Assembly (NCBI GenBank): GCA_951406725.2
Contig: OX597840.1
Coordinates: 4,712,001-4,776,000 of the forward strand
Length of the DNA stretch: 64,000 nucleotides
From: Octopus vulgaris
Lineage: Eukaryota
Direction: 5' to 3'
Shown: positions 42,935 to 56,300 of the stretch, piece after piece
Position numbering within the stretch: the stretch's first letter is position 1
Layout: every line of letters begins with the position of its first letter
Translations under genes and position numbers: made by a program
The notes under the pieces: model-generated
Told to the model about the DNA's origin: nothing
The model's input: only the letters and a program-made list of their open reading frames with translations
The model's database searches: none

Positions 42935-43356
42935 TAATGGATAGACGGATAGATAGATTGATTACATACATATATAATAAATATATATATTTCATTATTA
43001 AGCCATGCAGGGTCGAACACAGATGGGACAATATAATGTAGAATTTTTCTTTTCAAAACCGATCTATAGGGATCGAAAAGGTTTTGGGACGTGTACACAA
43101 AGAGAAAACAGTGTCGATTTAACAACTGAAATTCTCAAAAGGGCGAGAAAATAAAACACTAACTAGGGTTATCCGTCGAAAGAAAAACCTACGAAAAAAA
43201 CAAACACCACGGTAACCTCGGAAGAAACAAAACCAAAAGCAATGAGAACAAAGCGACCTTTCTGTTTTTGTTCTATAGGTTCATGCTCAAAGTAGTTTAG
43301 TCATTCATGCGTACCATTTTTGCTACATTCACCCACTTTTTATTAAGCTTTTTATT

Positions 43357-43748
43357 AGGTGCAGGAGTAGCTGTGTGGTAAGTAGCTTGCTTACCAACCA
43401 CGTGGTTCCGGGTGCATGGCACCTTGGGCAAGTGGCTTCTACTATAGCCGCGAGTAGATTTGGTAGACGGAAACTGAAAGAAGCCCGTCGTATATATGAA
43501 CGTGTATATATATGTGTGTGTGTTTGTGTGACTGTGTTTGTCCCCTCAGCAACATCGCTTGATAACCGATGCTGGTGTGTTTACGTTTCCGTAACTTAGC
43601 GGTTCAGCAAAAGAGACCGATAGAATAAGTACTAGGCTTACAAAGAATAGGTCCTGGGGTCGATTTGGTCGACTAAAAGCAGCGCTCCAGCATGACCGCA
43701 GTCAAATAACTGAAACAAGTAAAAGAGCAAAAGAGAGAGTAAAAGAGT
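43357..43748 (+). mobile_element. SINE family A copy (diverged)
   Basis: Head and tail are recognisable, with internal deletions. Confidence 0.85.
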
Positions 43749-43894
43749 AGACAAATCTTCCCTCTCTACTTTCACTTTCATTTTCAAGTAAGACTTGAAA
43801 AAGTTAATGTTGGCCAGAGAGGAAAGTTTTATGTTGGACTCAAACGAGTACATATATATATATATATATATATATACATACACACACACACAAA

Positions 43895-43948
<54 letters not shown>

Positions 43949-44078
43949 GGTATGTAGAAAAATACAACATGGACAAGAACGTATAACTCTTAGAAGACGA
44001 TACAATAAACACGGACAGGACATTCGAAACCCTCAGTCTTCAGTCAAGAACCGGATCATCGTAGTAATTTCGGCTGAT

Positions 44079-44129
<51 letters not shown>

Positions 44130-44512
44130 TGAATGCACACATATATATATATATACACATATGCATACATATATATACATACAAATACACACACACATAT
44201 ATATGTGAGTGCGTGTGTATACATACACATAACACACACACACGCACACACACATGTTTGTAAATTCATACACTCTCTCAGAAAGCCAACTCGATACGTT
44301 CATAAACAGCGAAATCGAACTCAATTCACATACCCTCCAGCTTAAACACACGCACATAAACACATACATATGTACATCTATACATACATACACACACATA
44401 AACGCAATCATGCACACACATATACACATATATATATACACACGTACATATACACATATGCACACATGCACATACACACCCAGCACATCACACACAAAAC
44501 AAACATCTACGA

Positions 44513-44720
44513 TTACTCTTTTACTTGTTTCAGTCATTTGACTGCGGCCATGCTGGAGCACCGCCTTTAATCGAGCAACTCAACCCCGAGACTTATTCTT
44601 TGTAACCCCAGTACTTATTCTATCGGTCTCTTTTGCCGAACCGCTAAGTGACGGGGACATAAACACACCAGCATCGGTTGTCAAGCAATGCTAGGGTGAC
44701 AAGCACAGACACACAAACAT

Positions 44721-44769
<49 letters not shown>

Positions 44770-44941
44770 CATATATACGACGGGCTTCTTTCAGTTTCCG
44801 TCTACCAAATCCACTCACAAGGCTTCGGTCGGCCCGAGGCTATAGCAGAAGACACATCCCCAAGGTGCCACGCAGTGGGATTGAACCCGGAACAATGTGG
44901 TTGGCAAGCAAGCTACTTACCACACAGCCACTCCTGCGCCT
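44513..44941 (-). mobile_element. SINE family A copy
   Basis: Full-length copy. Confidence 0.9.
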
Positions 44942-45128
44942 ATTACATCTTCACACAAACAAATATACTCTCGCTCAAGCACAGAGTACGTGAATATGGA
45001 TCCTCACCCTGTCTACTCACTGCTAACCTAGATCTAACCAACAGCAACAATAACAACAATAATTTTGAGTACTTTCTCTGAAGCGGTAATATTTACGTTT
45101 CTTTCTTCCTGATTTTGTCTTTTGGCAG

Positions 45129-45198
45129 CCATTTTGTTTGTATTCGGTGGTTTAATTCTCCTCGCAATCGTCTGGTCTCTCCTGAAACTTATCTACAG
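45129..45198 (+). CDS. HGSNAT: HGSNAT-like exon encoding transmembrane helix 1
   Basis: ttttggcag acceptor; 70-nt exon reading (A)ILFVFGGLILLAIVWSLLKLIY(R); gtaagc donor at 45199; phase 1 to 2. Size and phase match human exon 5 as I recall it. Confidence 0.88.
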
Positions 45199-45210
45199 GT
45201 AAGCTGCTAT

Positions 45211-45214
<4 letters not shown>

Positions 45215-45243
<29 letters not shown>

Positions 45244-46160
45244 CTTCTTCTTCTTCTTCTTCTTCTTCTTCTTCTTCTTCTTCTTCTTCTTCTTCTTCTT
45301 CTTCTTCTTCTTCTTCTTCTTCTTCTTCTTCTTCTTCTTCTTCTTCTTCTTCTTCTTCTTCTTCTTCTTCTTCTTCTTCTTCTTCTTTTCTTCTTCTTCT
45401 TCTTCTTCTTCTTCTTCTTCTTCTTTGTCTTCTTTTCTTCTTCTTCTTTTCTTTTCTTCTTCTTCTTCTTCTTCTTCTTCTTCTTCTTCTTCTTCTTCTT
45501 TTTTCTTCTTCTTCTTTTCTTCTTCTTCTTCTTCTTCTTCTTTTCTTCTTCTTTCTTTTCTTCTTCTTCTTTTCTTCTTCTTCTTCTTCTTCTTCTCCGC
45601 CTTCTTCTCCCCCTCCTCCTTCTCCACCTCCTCCTTCTTCTTCTTCTTCTTCTTCTTCTTCTTCTTCTTCTTCTCCGCCTTCTTCTCCCCTCCTCCTTCT
45701 CCACCTCCTCCTTCTCCACCTCCTCCTCCTCCTTCTTCTTCTTCTTCTTCTTCTTTTCTTCTTTTTCTTTTTCTTCTTCTTCTTCTTCTTTTCTTCTTCT
45801 TCTCCTTCTTTTTTTTTTCTTCTTCTTCTTCTTCTTCTTCTTCTTCTTCTTGTTCTTCGTCTTGTTCTTCTTCTTGCTCTTCTTGTTCTTGTTCTTGTTC
45901 TTGTTCTTGTTCTTGTTCTTCTTTTTCTTCTTCTTCTTCTTCTTCTTCTCCTCCTCCTCCTTCTTCTACTCCTACTTCTTCTTTTTCTTCTTCTCCCCTC
46001 TCCCTCTTCCCCGTCTTCTTCTTCTTCTTCTTCTTCTTCTTCTTCTTCATAACTTCGTCATTATCATATCACTTATGTCCTCCTCCTCCTTCCCCTCCTC
46101 CCCCTCCTCCTTCCCCCTCCTCCTTCCCCCCTCCTCCTCCTCTTCCTCCTTCTCCACCTC
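45215..46160. repeat. (CTT)n / polypyrimidine tract
   Basis: Pure CTT run at 45215-45387, followed by degenerate CTT/CCT. Confidence 0.95.
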
Positions 46161-46205
46161 ATGATTACGATCATCATCATCATCGATATTATTGTTTTTG
46201 TGTAG

Positions 46206-46245
46206 ATGGGTGAGTGTGGCGACGATGCCCCCCCCCAGCAATTGA
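46206..46245 (+). CDS. Candidate next/terminal exon of the HGSNAT-like gene (RWVSVATMPPPSN*)
   Basis: tttttgtgtag acceptor follows a roughly 1-kb pyrimidine-rich intron and is phase-2 compatible. Stop at 46243-46245, AATAAA at 46350. An alternative reading is a 4-nt microexon ATGG followed by gtgagt. Confidence 0.4.
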
Positions 46246-46422
46246 ATCTATTTCAAGGTTGCACCTCTTGGCAAGTGAAAACGGAACGCATGCGCAATGT
46301 GTGCTGACGTTCATAAAGATTTCTCAAGCAAGAATTGATTAAAGAAGTAAATAAATAACCTCGTACGATCCAGTTTTTCTTCGGCCTCCTGGAGAACTTC
46401 ATCTCGTCTTTGCTGGTTGCGA

Positions 46423-47073
46423 GTGAGAACCTAGAAATTGTTGACTGCTTCACGTGAGAACCTAGAAATTGTTGACTGCTTCACGTGAGAACCTAGAAAT
46501 TGTTGACTGCTTCACGTGAGAACCTAGAAATTGTTGACTGCTTCACGTGAGAACCTAGAAATTGTTGACTGCTTCACGTGAGAACCTAGAAATTGTTGAC
46601 TGCTTCACGTGAGAACCTAGAAATTGTTGACTGCTTCACGTGAGAACCTAGAAATTGTTGACTGCTTCACGTGAGAACCTAGAAATTGTTGACTGCTTCA
46701 CGTGAGAACCTAGAAATTGTTGACTGCTTCACGTGAGAACCTAGAAATTGTTGACTGCTTCACGTGAGAACCTAGAAATTGTTGACTGCTTCACGTGAGA
46801 ACCTAGAAATTGTTGACTGCTTCACGTGAGAACCTAGAAATTGTTGACTGCTTCACGTGAGAACCTAGAAATTGTTGACTGCTTCACGTGAGAACCTAGA
46901 AATTGTTGACTGCTTCACGTGAGAACCTAGAAATTGTTGACTGCTTCACGTGAGAACCTAGAAATTGTTGACTGCTTCACGTGAGAACCTAGAAATTGTT
47001 GACTGCTTCACGTGAGAACCTAGAAATTGTTGACTGCTTCACGTGAGAACCTAGAAATTGTTGACTGCTTCAC
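46423..47073. repeat. Perfect 31-bp tandem repeat, 21 copies
   Basis: Unit gtgagaacctagaaattgttgactgcttcac, with no variants seen and no spacers. Confidence 0.97.
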
Positions 47074-47343
47074 TTATGTCGGCAGTGCGATACATAGCAG
47101 CATTGGTCGCGAATCCGATCTGAAGTTTTACAAAAGACTCAGACGAGCTGGAGCAGTTGTGGACTCATTGGACAAGTGTGTTTAATAATTTAAATCATAT
47201 ACTTAATATCTTTACATAAGTTTTCATATCTAAACTAATTTACATTAGGAAATTTAAAAGTAGAGTATAACGAAACAACGTTAGAAATCTTTGGAAATTT
47301 CTCCAGTTTAAAGGACGAACTCACATTCAGCCTTCTAAAAAGA

Positions 47344-47471
<128 letters not shown>

Positions 47472-47507
47472 AAAATGTATATAAAAATATATATATATAC
47501 AAAAATG

Positions 47508-47548
<41 letters not shown>

Positions 47549-48008
47549 TAGAAATATGTTACAAAAAGAAAATATAAAATACACGTACAAAATATTGTAC
47601 CCTTACATTTGTAAGGGTACAATATGAAAAATCAACGAAAATGCACATTGTAAATAAAAAAAGGCTTTTTATGACAGGTAACGACAAATATATACATTTA
47701 GATGGAAAGAGCTAGTAATAAGAGTCATAAAAGTCATTATTATGAGATGATTATAAGATAATTATAATAAAGTAAGAGAACAAAGCGTACCATGGTTTCC
47801 GCAAAGCTATTCATCGCTTTGAAAACACCGGCTAATACACGGTGTCAGGTCTAGTAGTTCCTGAGAAAAAAGATTATTTGTAAGGGAGGTAAGTAGTTCT
47901 GGATTTAGAGATGTGAATGGTGCAGGGAGTGTGTAGGGGTTAGTGGTTTAAATTGAAAGGTTAGTGGTGTTCTGTATTGAGTTGTGTGTTCATATTTAGT
48001 TGGGGGAG

Positions 48009-48812
48009 TTATTTATTGGGGAAAAATGCCTCTTTATTCAACCTTTGTTGCATTGTTGTGTCCTGTGAACATTGATGGAAGGGGAAGATTTGGAAATTGG
48101 GATTAAGATTCCTGGCACACCTTTCTATGTGTTCACTCACCTTTAAGTGTCTGTATTGTGGGTGGCGGATTTGCTCTTTGTGAATGGTGGTTCTTTGACG
48201 GAGTGAAATTCCTGTTTGTCCAATATAGAGTTTACCACATCCTATGCATGTCATGACATAGATTACATTTACCGAGGCGCAGGTGACATTTGATTTGATC
48301 TTAAATATTTCTCCTTGTTTGAATTTGAATGCTGAACCCTCCAGAAGGTGGGGGGCATGTTCCACAGTTAGTACGTCCACATTTTTACACTTTTGGCTCT
48401 GTTGTTAGTGGATACAGTCTAGCGCTGGTTAATATTTTTTTCAGTGACTTCGGTTGCTTTTTGCTTTTTATAATTTTGTATGAGCTTAAAATTTCGTTCA
48501 TTGTTTTGTCTGCTGTGAGAATGGGAAGATTTTGGGTGATGATGTTGAAGGCTTCGTTGTTTCTAGGGTTATGTGTGGAAATGTACGGGAGTATTTTAAA
48601 GTCTGGTTTAGTATTTCGGCAAGTTTTCCTTAGCATTTTATATCTATTTCCTTAGCTCTTTTAATGCCTTCATTTACTAATGAGATTGGGTAATGTATTT
48701 TAGTTAGTGTAGATCTAAGTTCAAGGAGTCTTCGTTCTCGAGTGTATATATCCGAAACTATGGTGCGGATTCTTTTCACTAGGTTAAAGGGTATGTTGAT
48801 TTTTATGTGTTT

Positions 48813-48815
<3 letters not shown>
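48009..48815 (-). mobile_element. 5'-truncated PLE fragment (Neptune-like; thumb + GIY-YIG)
   Basis: Contains NVIYVMTCIGCGKLYIGQTG...RQRTTIH, a CGRTNCGTC linker and a NIPFNLVKRIRTIVS thumb motif. An adjacent palindrome lies at 48956-49129. Confidence 0.85.
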
Positions 48816-48878
<63 letters not shown>

Positions 48879-48955
48879 TAAATATTAGGGAATAAATCCA
48901 AATTTACAGGAAAAAAATCAGATTTAGGATTAAATCCAATTTTATAGTAAAATAT

Positions 48956-49129
48956 TATAAAATATTATTAGAGACAAAACCACTATTTTGCAAAACAAAC
49001 AAGGAAAGACTTAATCAATACATAAAATTTTAATAAATTTTTGACTATTTATTAAAATTTTATGTATTGATTAAGTCTTTCCTTGTTTGTTTTACAAAAT
49101 AGTGGTTTTGTCTCTAATAATATTTTATA
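48956..49129. repeat. Long palindrome (arms about 83 bp, 8-nt loop)
   Basis: ...caatacataaaattttaataaat / atttattaaaattttatgtattg... Confidence 0.9.
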
Positions 49130-49145
49130 TATATATATATATATA

Positions 49146-50269
49146 CTAGCAGCATAGCCCGGCGTTGCCCGGGTATGTAAGATCCCCTAGTAGGCAACGA
49201 CTAATCCCAATCTAGTCCTTTCCCTCTAGGGAACGAAAGCGCATGTGTAGGTTGCAATGTCTTCTCTTCACTCCCAAATAACTATCAAACAGCTATCGAT
49301 AATTCAACCCAACCAATTCCAACCAGGAAGAAATTACATTCGAGACTTTACCCCTAACACCGCCACTTCTGCTAATAGCTGCTGCAGCCGCAAGTTATTC
49401 GAATACTTTTTTGTTTAAACTTTCTTTATAACTACCACCCCAAAAGTTTTACTTCAAATTTTTGACGTACCCTAAGGGTCCTCGGACGCTACTTGCAAAC
49501 TCTTGGTTTATTATAAACCGCTTTTGTCGTATGCACCAAAAAACCTTTTCCATTCGTTTGTTCAGTTTGGTCACTTTTGACTTTTTCGTTGTTGTCACTC
49601 ACATTGCTGCCCGTTTTTTTGCCGTTTTTGTACATTTTTATACATTTTGGGATACTTACCCCACGTGTTCCGAGAGTTAAAAAGGTCGAGTTGCGTCCCC
49701 TAGACAGTCTGTGGTTTGTGTTTAATCCACAAATCGGTTTGCTATGTGTGCCACATATGATTTAATTAACCGATTTTTTCCAGTAATAAAGTATCCTATT
49801 GCAATAAAAGAGCTATATGGCTCGCTGTGAATTTAAAAAAAATTCCTGCCAATTTGTGAAAGATATTGTTGAAAACATGTCATCTTCAATTCGAACGCGA
49901 TTTCCCAAAATGGCATGATTTTATCGATTTTTTTCTGATGGTAAGGTATTGCATGGAAAACTAACGTCAGAATTAAAGTTCTTAGGGTAACATTAAGCTT
50001 CACCATGAGTTTAGTGAAAATCGATTGCAAGTTGCGAAAACTACAACAGAAAATGTGTTGCATATATAAAGCTTAGATTCTCGACCCCATGTCAAATTTA
50101 TCGATTTTTTTCAGAACTGGGGGAACTTTTCAAAATTTTCGCTGCGTTAGTTTTGAATTATGACATTGGGCTATGTGTGTGTCAAGTTTCATCAGAATCG
50201 GTTGAAATCCGTGGTCAGGGTGAGGGTACAACCTGACAGACACACAGACACACAGACAGACAAACTGCC

Positions 50270-50275
<6 letters not shown>
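49146..50275 (-). mobile_element. Longer non-autonomous Helitron
   Basis: CTAG plus a gcccggcgttgcccggg hairpin. The distal part is near-identical to 19810-20010. Confidence 0.7.
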
Positions 50276-50328
<53 letters not shown>

Positions 50329-50589
50329 AAAGTGTATATAATATATAAAGTTATATAGGAGAGTATTGTAGTTCGCTTGAAGCATTGTGCATTGTTTGTA
50401 AAGAATAATAAATTTTGAATGGTACAACAATGCACTATAATACAAACAACGAGCCAATTACCTGATGTAATCTAGTCATCCATAGTCTGATATGATATTT
50501 CGGAATAATATTCCTTCTTCGGATATTCTCAGATGGAATCGCTGCTATAATCGGTTGTACCATTCAAAACTTTTTATTCTTTATAAAGT

Positions 50590-50653
<64 letters not shown>

Positions 50654-50659
50654 CTTGAT

Positions 50660-50858
50660 CACTTTGACCGACCAGTCCGTCAGGCGTCCATTTGACACCG
50701 CTGGTCACAGCACGCTGTCCACTCCTCTCTGGATCGCGCCTTCCTCATCCACGTGATCCCAACCGTCCTCCTGAAATCGTAACTCCACCGTCGTGGAGGT
50801 CTTCCGGGTGGTCTTTTCCGCTCGCGCGGGTACCACTCGACTACTGCGTGGGTCCACC
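50660..50858 (-). mobile_element. RTE-clade LINE 3' fragment
   Basis: Reads WTHAVVEWYPRERKRPPGRPPRRW...ARSREEW. Confidence 0.8.
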
Positions 50859-50899
50859 GATATATATATAGATGGGCTGGACACGTCGCCCGGCTCACC

Positions 50900-50941
<42 letters not shown>

Positions 50942-50942
<1 letters not shown>

Positions 50943-52199
50943 TGGGTCAGCCAGTAAATAATGCGGTTTTTTCAATTGCATGAACTATGGAGGACGGGAT
51001 AAACTACCTGCATCAACTTGTCATAAAAACAGGTGGTAATTTTATCTTGTTATTACTCTTGCTGCAAATTTTGAAGAGTGTAGTTCAATTTTAACAGTTA
51101 TTTTTTCAAAGCTATAATAAAAGTGACAAGAAGCATATTCGGCATATTTTGCTTTAGAGTTCAATAAAGGCAACAACGCAATGGAAAGTGTGAGGAATAT
51201 TAATGCAGTATATGGACAATAAGTGTCAACCAGTGTCAACGATGGTTCCAGAAATTTCGAGCCGGAAACTACAGCCTAGAAGACTAGACCTCGTCCTGGA
51301 AGATCTGTAGAGCTCGACGAGGACGTCCTGCAAACCCTGTTGGAACAAAATCCCATCGTAACTGTTGAGGAACTAGCAAAGAAGCTTGGATTTGGTCATT
51401 CAACCATTCACCGACACCGGCGTGCCATCGGAAAAGTCAGCAAATTGGGTCAGTGAGTTCCTCACAGACTTTCCGAGTCTAATCGCGAGCGGAAAGTGAA
51501 TGTGTGCCCTTCTTTGCTGTCACATCTCACGAATGAACCCTTTTTTTTGGACCGAATAGTGACTGCTGACGAGAAATGGGTTCTCTATAAAAATGTCAAA
51601 CGCCGAAGACGGTGGGTAGGGAAAGGAGAAACACCGGCACCCCAGGCTAAAGAAGGTCTTCACTCACGTAATGTGTTGTTATCTGTTTGGAGGGATATGA
51701 AAGGTTTAGTCCACTTTAAACTTTTAAACCCTAACCAAACGATAACAAAGGAGATCTGATGAGAGCAGTTCGGGCGGCTTAAGTCAGCGCTAGAAGAAAA
51801 ACGACCATCTTTGGTTTCAAGACGAAAGGTGTTCTTCCATCAGGATAATGCTCGGCCACAGTGAGGATGACATTCCAAAGGGTGGAACAGTTTGAATGAG
51901 AGATAATGCCCCACCCACCATATTCACCAGACATTGCCCCATCTGATTATCATTTATTCCACAGTCTTCAAAATCATTTGGGCGGAAAAAATATGAACAG
52001 GTCAGAACAGTACTGGAGGAGTATTTTTCGTCACGGACAAGTGAATTTTGGAAGAGGGGCCTTGCAAGTCTAGCAAATTGATGGAAGAGCATTGTAGAAA
52101 ATGAAGGAAAGTATATTTCAGATTGAAAAAGAACTTTGTTTATCATAATTTTGAAAGATAAAAGTATTAAAAAATCACATTATTTATGGGATGACCCAA
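50942..52199 (+). mobile_element. Full-length degenerate mariner transposon
   Basis: Imperfect TIRs ttgggtcagccagtaaataatgcgg / cacattatttatgggatgacccaa. Motifs *VPHRL, ADEKW, HQDNARPH and HPPYSPDIAPSDY are present, with stops and frameshifts. Confidence 0.9.
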
Positions 52200-52336
52200 T
52201 ATATATAGATATATACATAGCTATATGTATGTAGTTTGTATGTTCATGTGCATGTATGTATGTATGTATGTATGTATGTATGTATGTATGTATGTATGTA
52301 TGTATGTATGTATGTATGTATGTATGTATGTATGTA

Positions 52337-52379
<43 letters not shown>

Positions 52380-52692
52380 ATGAAAAGGAACACACGAGTT
52401 GATATATATGAAAAAACAAGTCAAAATAGAAAATGCAAAAATAATGCTAAAATTTCAGTACCGGTTTCAGTCATTTGAGACCTTTTCAACTGTAACGATT
52501 AAATATTTAAAGTTAGAAAAATTAAGAGAAAAGTTTTTTTAAAAGAATATTTGTATAGTGTTCAAATATAAGTGGCATTTTCCTTGTTTCTGCCTTTCTC
52601 TGTCTCTCACTTGAAAAGGTCTCAAATGACTGAAACCGGCACTGAAATATTCTTTATAAAATTATTTTAGCATTTTCTATCTTGACTTGTTT

Positions 52693-52732
<40 letters not shown>

Positions 52733-53322
52733 CGTTTTTGGATTTGGTTTGCAAGATTCTCTATGTGAGTTCGTGTGCTGAAGCATATTTTGTGTCTGGG
52801 GAGAGTCATTCTCTTTTAGTGCCTTATTGTTTAACACACTCACCGGTGAAGTTTCCACTCATTCACTTATATATTTTTCTAAAATTTTCATTGCGTCTTG
52901 CAACCTTTTCAGTAGTTGTTGACTCTGTCCGTAACAAACTTCTTCATCCACTTTGAAACACACTCTCTCACTTTTTACAATATTGAATACCTTGGGTTGC
53001 GAATTGATGTGGATAAATGAAGGTAAATATATTTCATAGTTATTTATATTTTTTCTTAAAATTTGGTATATACAACTGAAGATCGTAAAATGCGCTTCTA
53101 AATTAAATTAATTTTTTAAAATTGATTTATTTAATTTGTACATTAAACGTGAAACATATTTTTTGACCACAGTAACTAATAAATTAGACTTCATTTATTT
53201 CACCTGCCTTACATCCTTTTCGTACCAAAGAGAAAAGTCCGTTTGTTTTTATTTAAAAAAAAACATCGGTCATTCAACACGCATGGAGTCTGGCTTTATC
53301 TGCTCTTTCTCCCTCTCTTTGG

Positions 53323-53357
<35 letters not shown>

Positions 53358-53359
<2 letters not shown>

Positions 53360-56300
53360 GAAAGAAGTCACCCCCACCTGGTGGACGCCCGGGAGGAGGT
53401 TTTGAATGAGAAACCTGCCCGGGAAGTGAACCCAGGTGCAAGTTCTCCAACCGGCAGCAAGGGCCATGGAGACGGAGAACCCGGTGAAGAGGTAGAGGGA
53501 GGAGGAAGAACTAAAAGAAGGGCTGGAAGAACTAAAGGAAAAGCTCAAGCAGGACCAAAGGGTGAAAAAACCAGGAATAGAAGTGGAACCGCAAAAGATG
53601 GAAACAAACAGCGCACACGGGTGTGTAGGTTCTACCTGAGAGGTTCCTGCTGGCATGGAAAGGATGGTGCAGGCTGCCGCTTTGCACATCGGGGACCCTG
53701 CCACAGAGACACGAGGCAGATGGACAAACCATCAACACAAGGAAAAGGGATGGACCACGCACCACTTGCCCCAAAGCGGAGGTACGCAGATGTTGTGCGT
53801 GCCACAAACCACCAACATGATGTTGTCGAAAGGGCAGCTGCTGAGCAACAATCTTTTTTGTACATGGCACAAAAGATTGTACAGCAGCTGACCTGGCTTC
53901 ATCAAACCCAAGCCCGCAGGTGGGACTACCCACTATATACCAGACCACCACAGCAAACAGACCCAGGATGGACACCGCCGGCAACAACGTACACCTCACC
54001 TCGATGCTCCTACTGAACATCAGAGGACTGCGAAACACTCAGTAACAGGACAAAAATCCGTTCCTGAGAGACTTTGTTGCATGCAATCAAGCCTTATGCA
54101 TAGCACTTACGGAAACGCACCTGAAACCGGATATAGCAGATGCGGAGTTACACATACCACAGTATGCTGTACTACGGACCGACAGGAAAGAAAGGAGTCA
54201 TGGAGGTGTTGCTATGTACATCCGTGAGGACCTCACACCCCAGGTCCTCTTGTCATACTCAAACTCGGTGTGTGACACACTAATTGTACATATTAGGAAA
54301 CTTGATGTAGTTGTGTGTGCTACATATCGCCCTCCAGATGCCCCAAGCCATGTGGGCAAGTTTGAAGACTGCCTTATAAAAATAGAAGAAGTTCTAACCA
54401 CATTAGAACAACACATAAGTGTACTTCTTATGGGAGACTTCAATCTGCCCAATATCAGATGGCCCGAGGGCCTTTCTCTCCCAGGAATGACAAGATGTGA
54501 ACGAGGACAGGCGAGGTCCCTCCTGAACCTCATCAACACCCTGTACATGGAGCAGGTAATACTCCAACCAACCAGGGCAGGTAACACACTGGATCTCTGC
54601 TTCACAAATGACATGGATCTCATCCATAATGTGAAAGTGACACCGACACTACTCTCGGATCACAACATGATAGAGCTGACCATGTACGGGCCAAAAGAGA
54701 GCACGGACATGCAGCCTACAAGAAACCCTCAGAATCTTTCCAGCTTGAACTACCATAAGGCAAACTGGAAACAAATTGAGAAAGAGATCCTCAAACAAAA
54801 CTGGCCTAAATGTCTCTCCTCGCCAGACATCGACGTGAAACTTCAACAATTCATGTCTGTAATGCAAGCCATATGCTACAAATGTGTCCCAGAGAGAAAG
54901 GCCACTGTACACAAGAACAAAATCCCCAGAGAGAGGAAAATTTTAATGAGACGGCGTACAAAATTTTCAAATCGCCTAAACAAACAGATTGAAAGCAGTG
55001 AAAAGTCCCGCCTAAAAATAAAACTGTTGGAAATCGAAAAATGTCTGCAACTCTCCCATGAAAAGGAAAGAGCAGACAAAGAAGCCTGGTCTATACACAA
55101 CATAAAATCTAACCCCAGAGCTTTCTACAGGTATGCCAAAGAAACAGCTACGGTGCACTGTAGAATAGGGCCACTCCTCGAAAAGGATGGTACACTTACA
55201 GGAAAACCAATGAGGGTAAGTGAAATACTGAATGAGCAATTCAAGAGTGTTTTCACTCCACCCCTTGGGCATCTCCAAATCACCAATCCAACTGACTTTT
55301 TTACCACTGCAGATATAAAATCAGAGGCGGCGACGATAGATTGCATCGATATAAAGGAAGACGATGTAATCAAGGCTATAGATGAAATGAAAACAGACTC
55401 AGCTACTGGCCCCGATGGATTCCCGGCAATCCTCCTAAAAGCATGTAAGAGAGTCCTAGCAAGACCACTGCAGTTCCTCTTTCAGAGCTTCCTTGCAGCT
55501 GGCAAACTTCCAAGAAAACTGAAGGAAGGTAAAATATGCCCCATTCATAAAGGAGGTATCAGAGCGGAAGCCAAGAACTATAGACCTATCTCTCTGACCT
55601 CACACATCAGCAAGGTCATGGAACGAATAGTCAGAAGGAAGCTGATCACCTTCCTTGAAGAAAATGACTTGCTGCCCGACACTCAACATGGTTTCCGACC
55701 AGGGAGAAGCTGTTTAACTCAGCTCCTACAACACTATGACTGGGTGCTGAAACGGCTGCTCAACCACTCAAATGTGGAAGTGATATATCTCGACTTTGCA
55801 AAGGCCTTTGATAAAGTCGATCATGGAATGATATGTCACAAACTGCGTGATCTCAACATAGTTGGAAAACTGGGAGAATGGCTTCATGACTTTCTGAAAG
55901 ATAGAAGTCAGGTGGTAGTGGCCAATGGGGCCACTTCCATTAACACGCAAATAGTGAGCGGTGTTCCGCAGGGCACTGTTCTGGGACCACTACTGTTCAT
56001 AATGGCCCTCTCAGACATGCCCTCAGCCACGCAGAGAGCCACGATCACAAGTTATGCAGATGATACAAAAGTTTCACAGGCAATACAGAACCCTGAGGAC
56101 ACTAAACACCTGCAATGTGAGCTAGACAAAATATACAAGTGGGCCGAAAAGAATAGCATGCAGTTCAATGCTGAAAAGTTTCAAGCTCTATACTATCAGC
56201 ATGCAAAACTAAATGCAATACCCAATGAATACACTGGACCCGGAGGAATAGCAATCCCAGAGGCACAATCAGTGCGTGACCTAGGTATTTACATGAGTGA

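Noticed and set aside
45115-46213. Poly-Leu/Lys/Arg/Glu ORFs
   Set aside because: They are translations of the (CTT)n tract; only 45129-45198, in a different frame, looks like an exon.
46423-47073. CRISPR array
   Set aside because: The repeats are contiguous with no spacers, there are no cas genes, and the context is eukaryotic.
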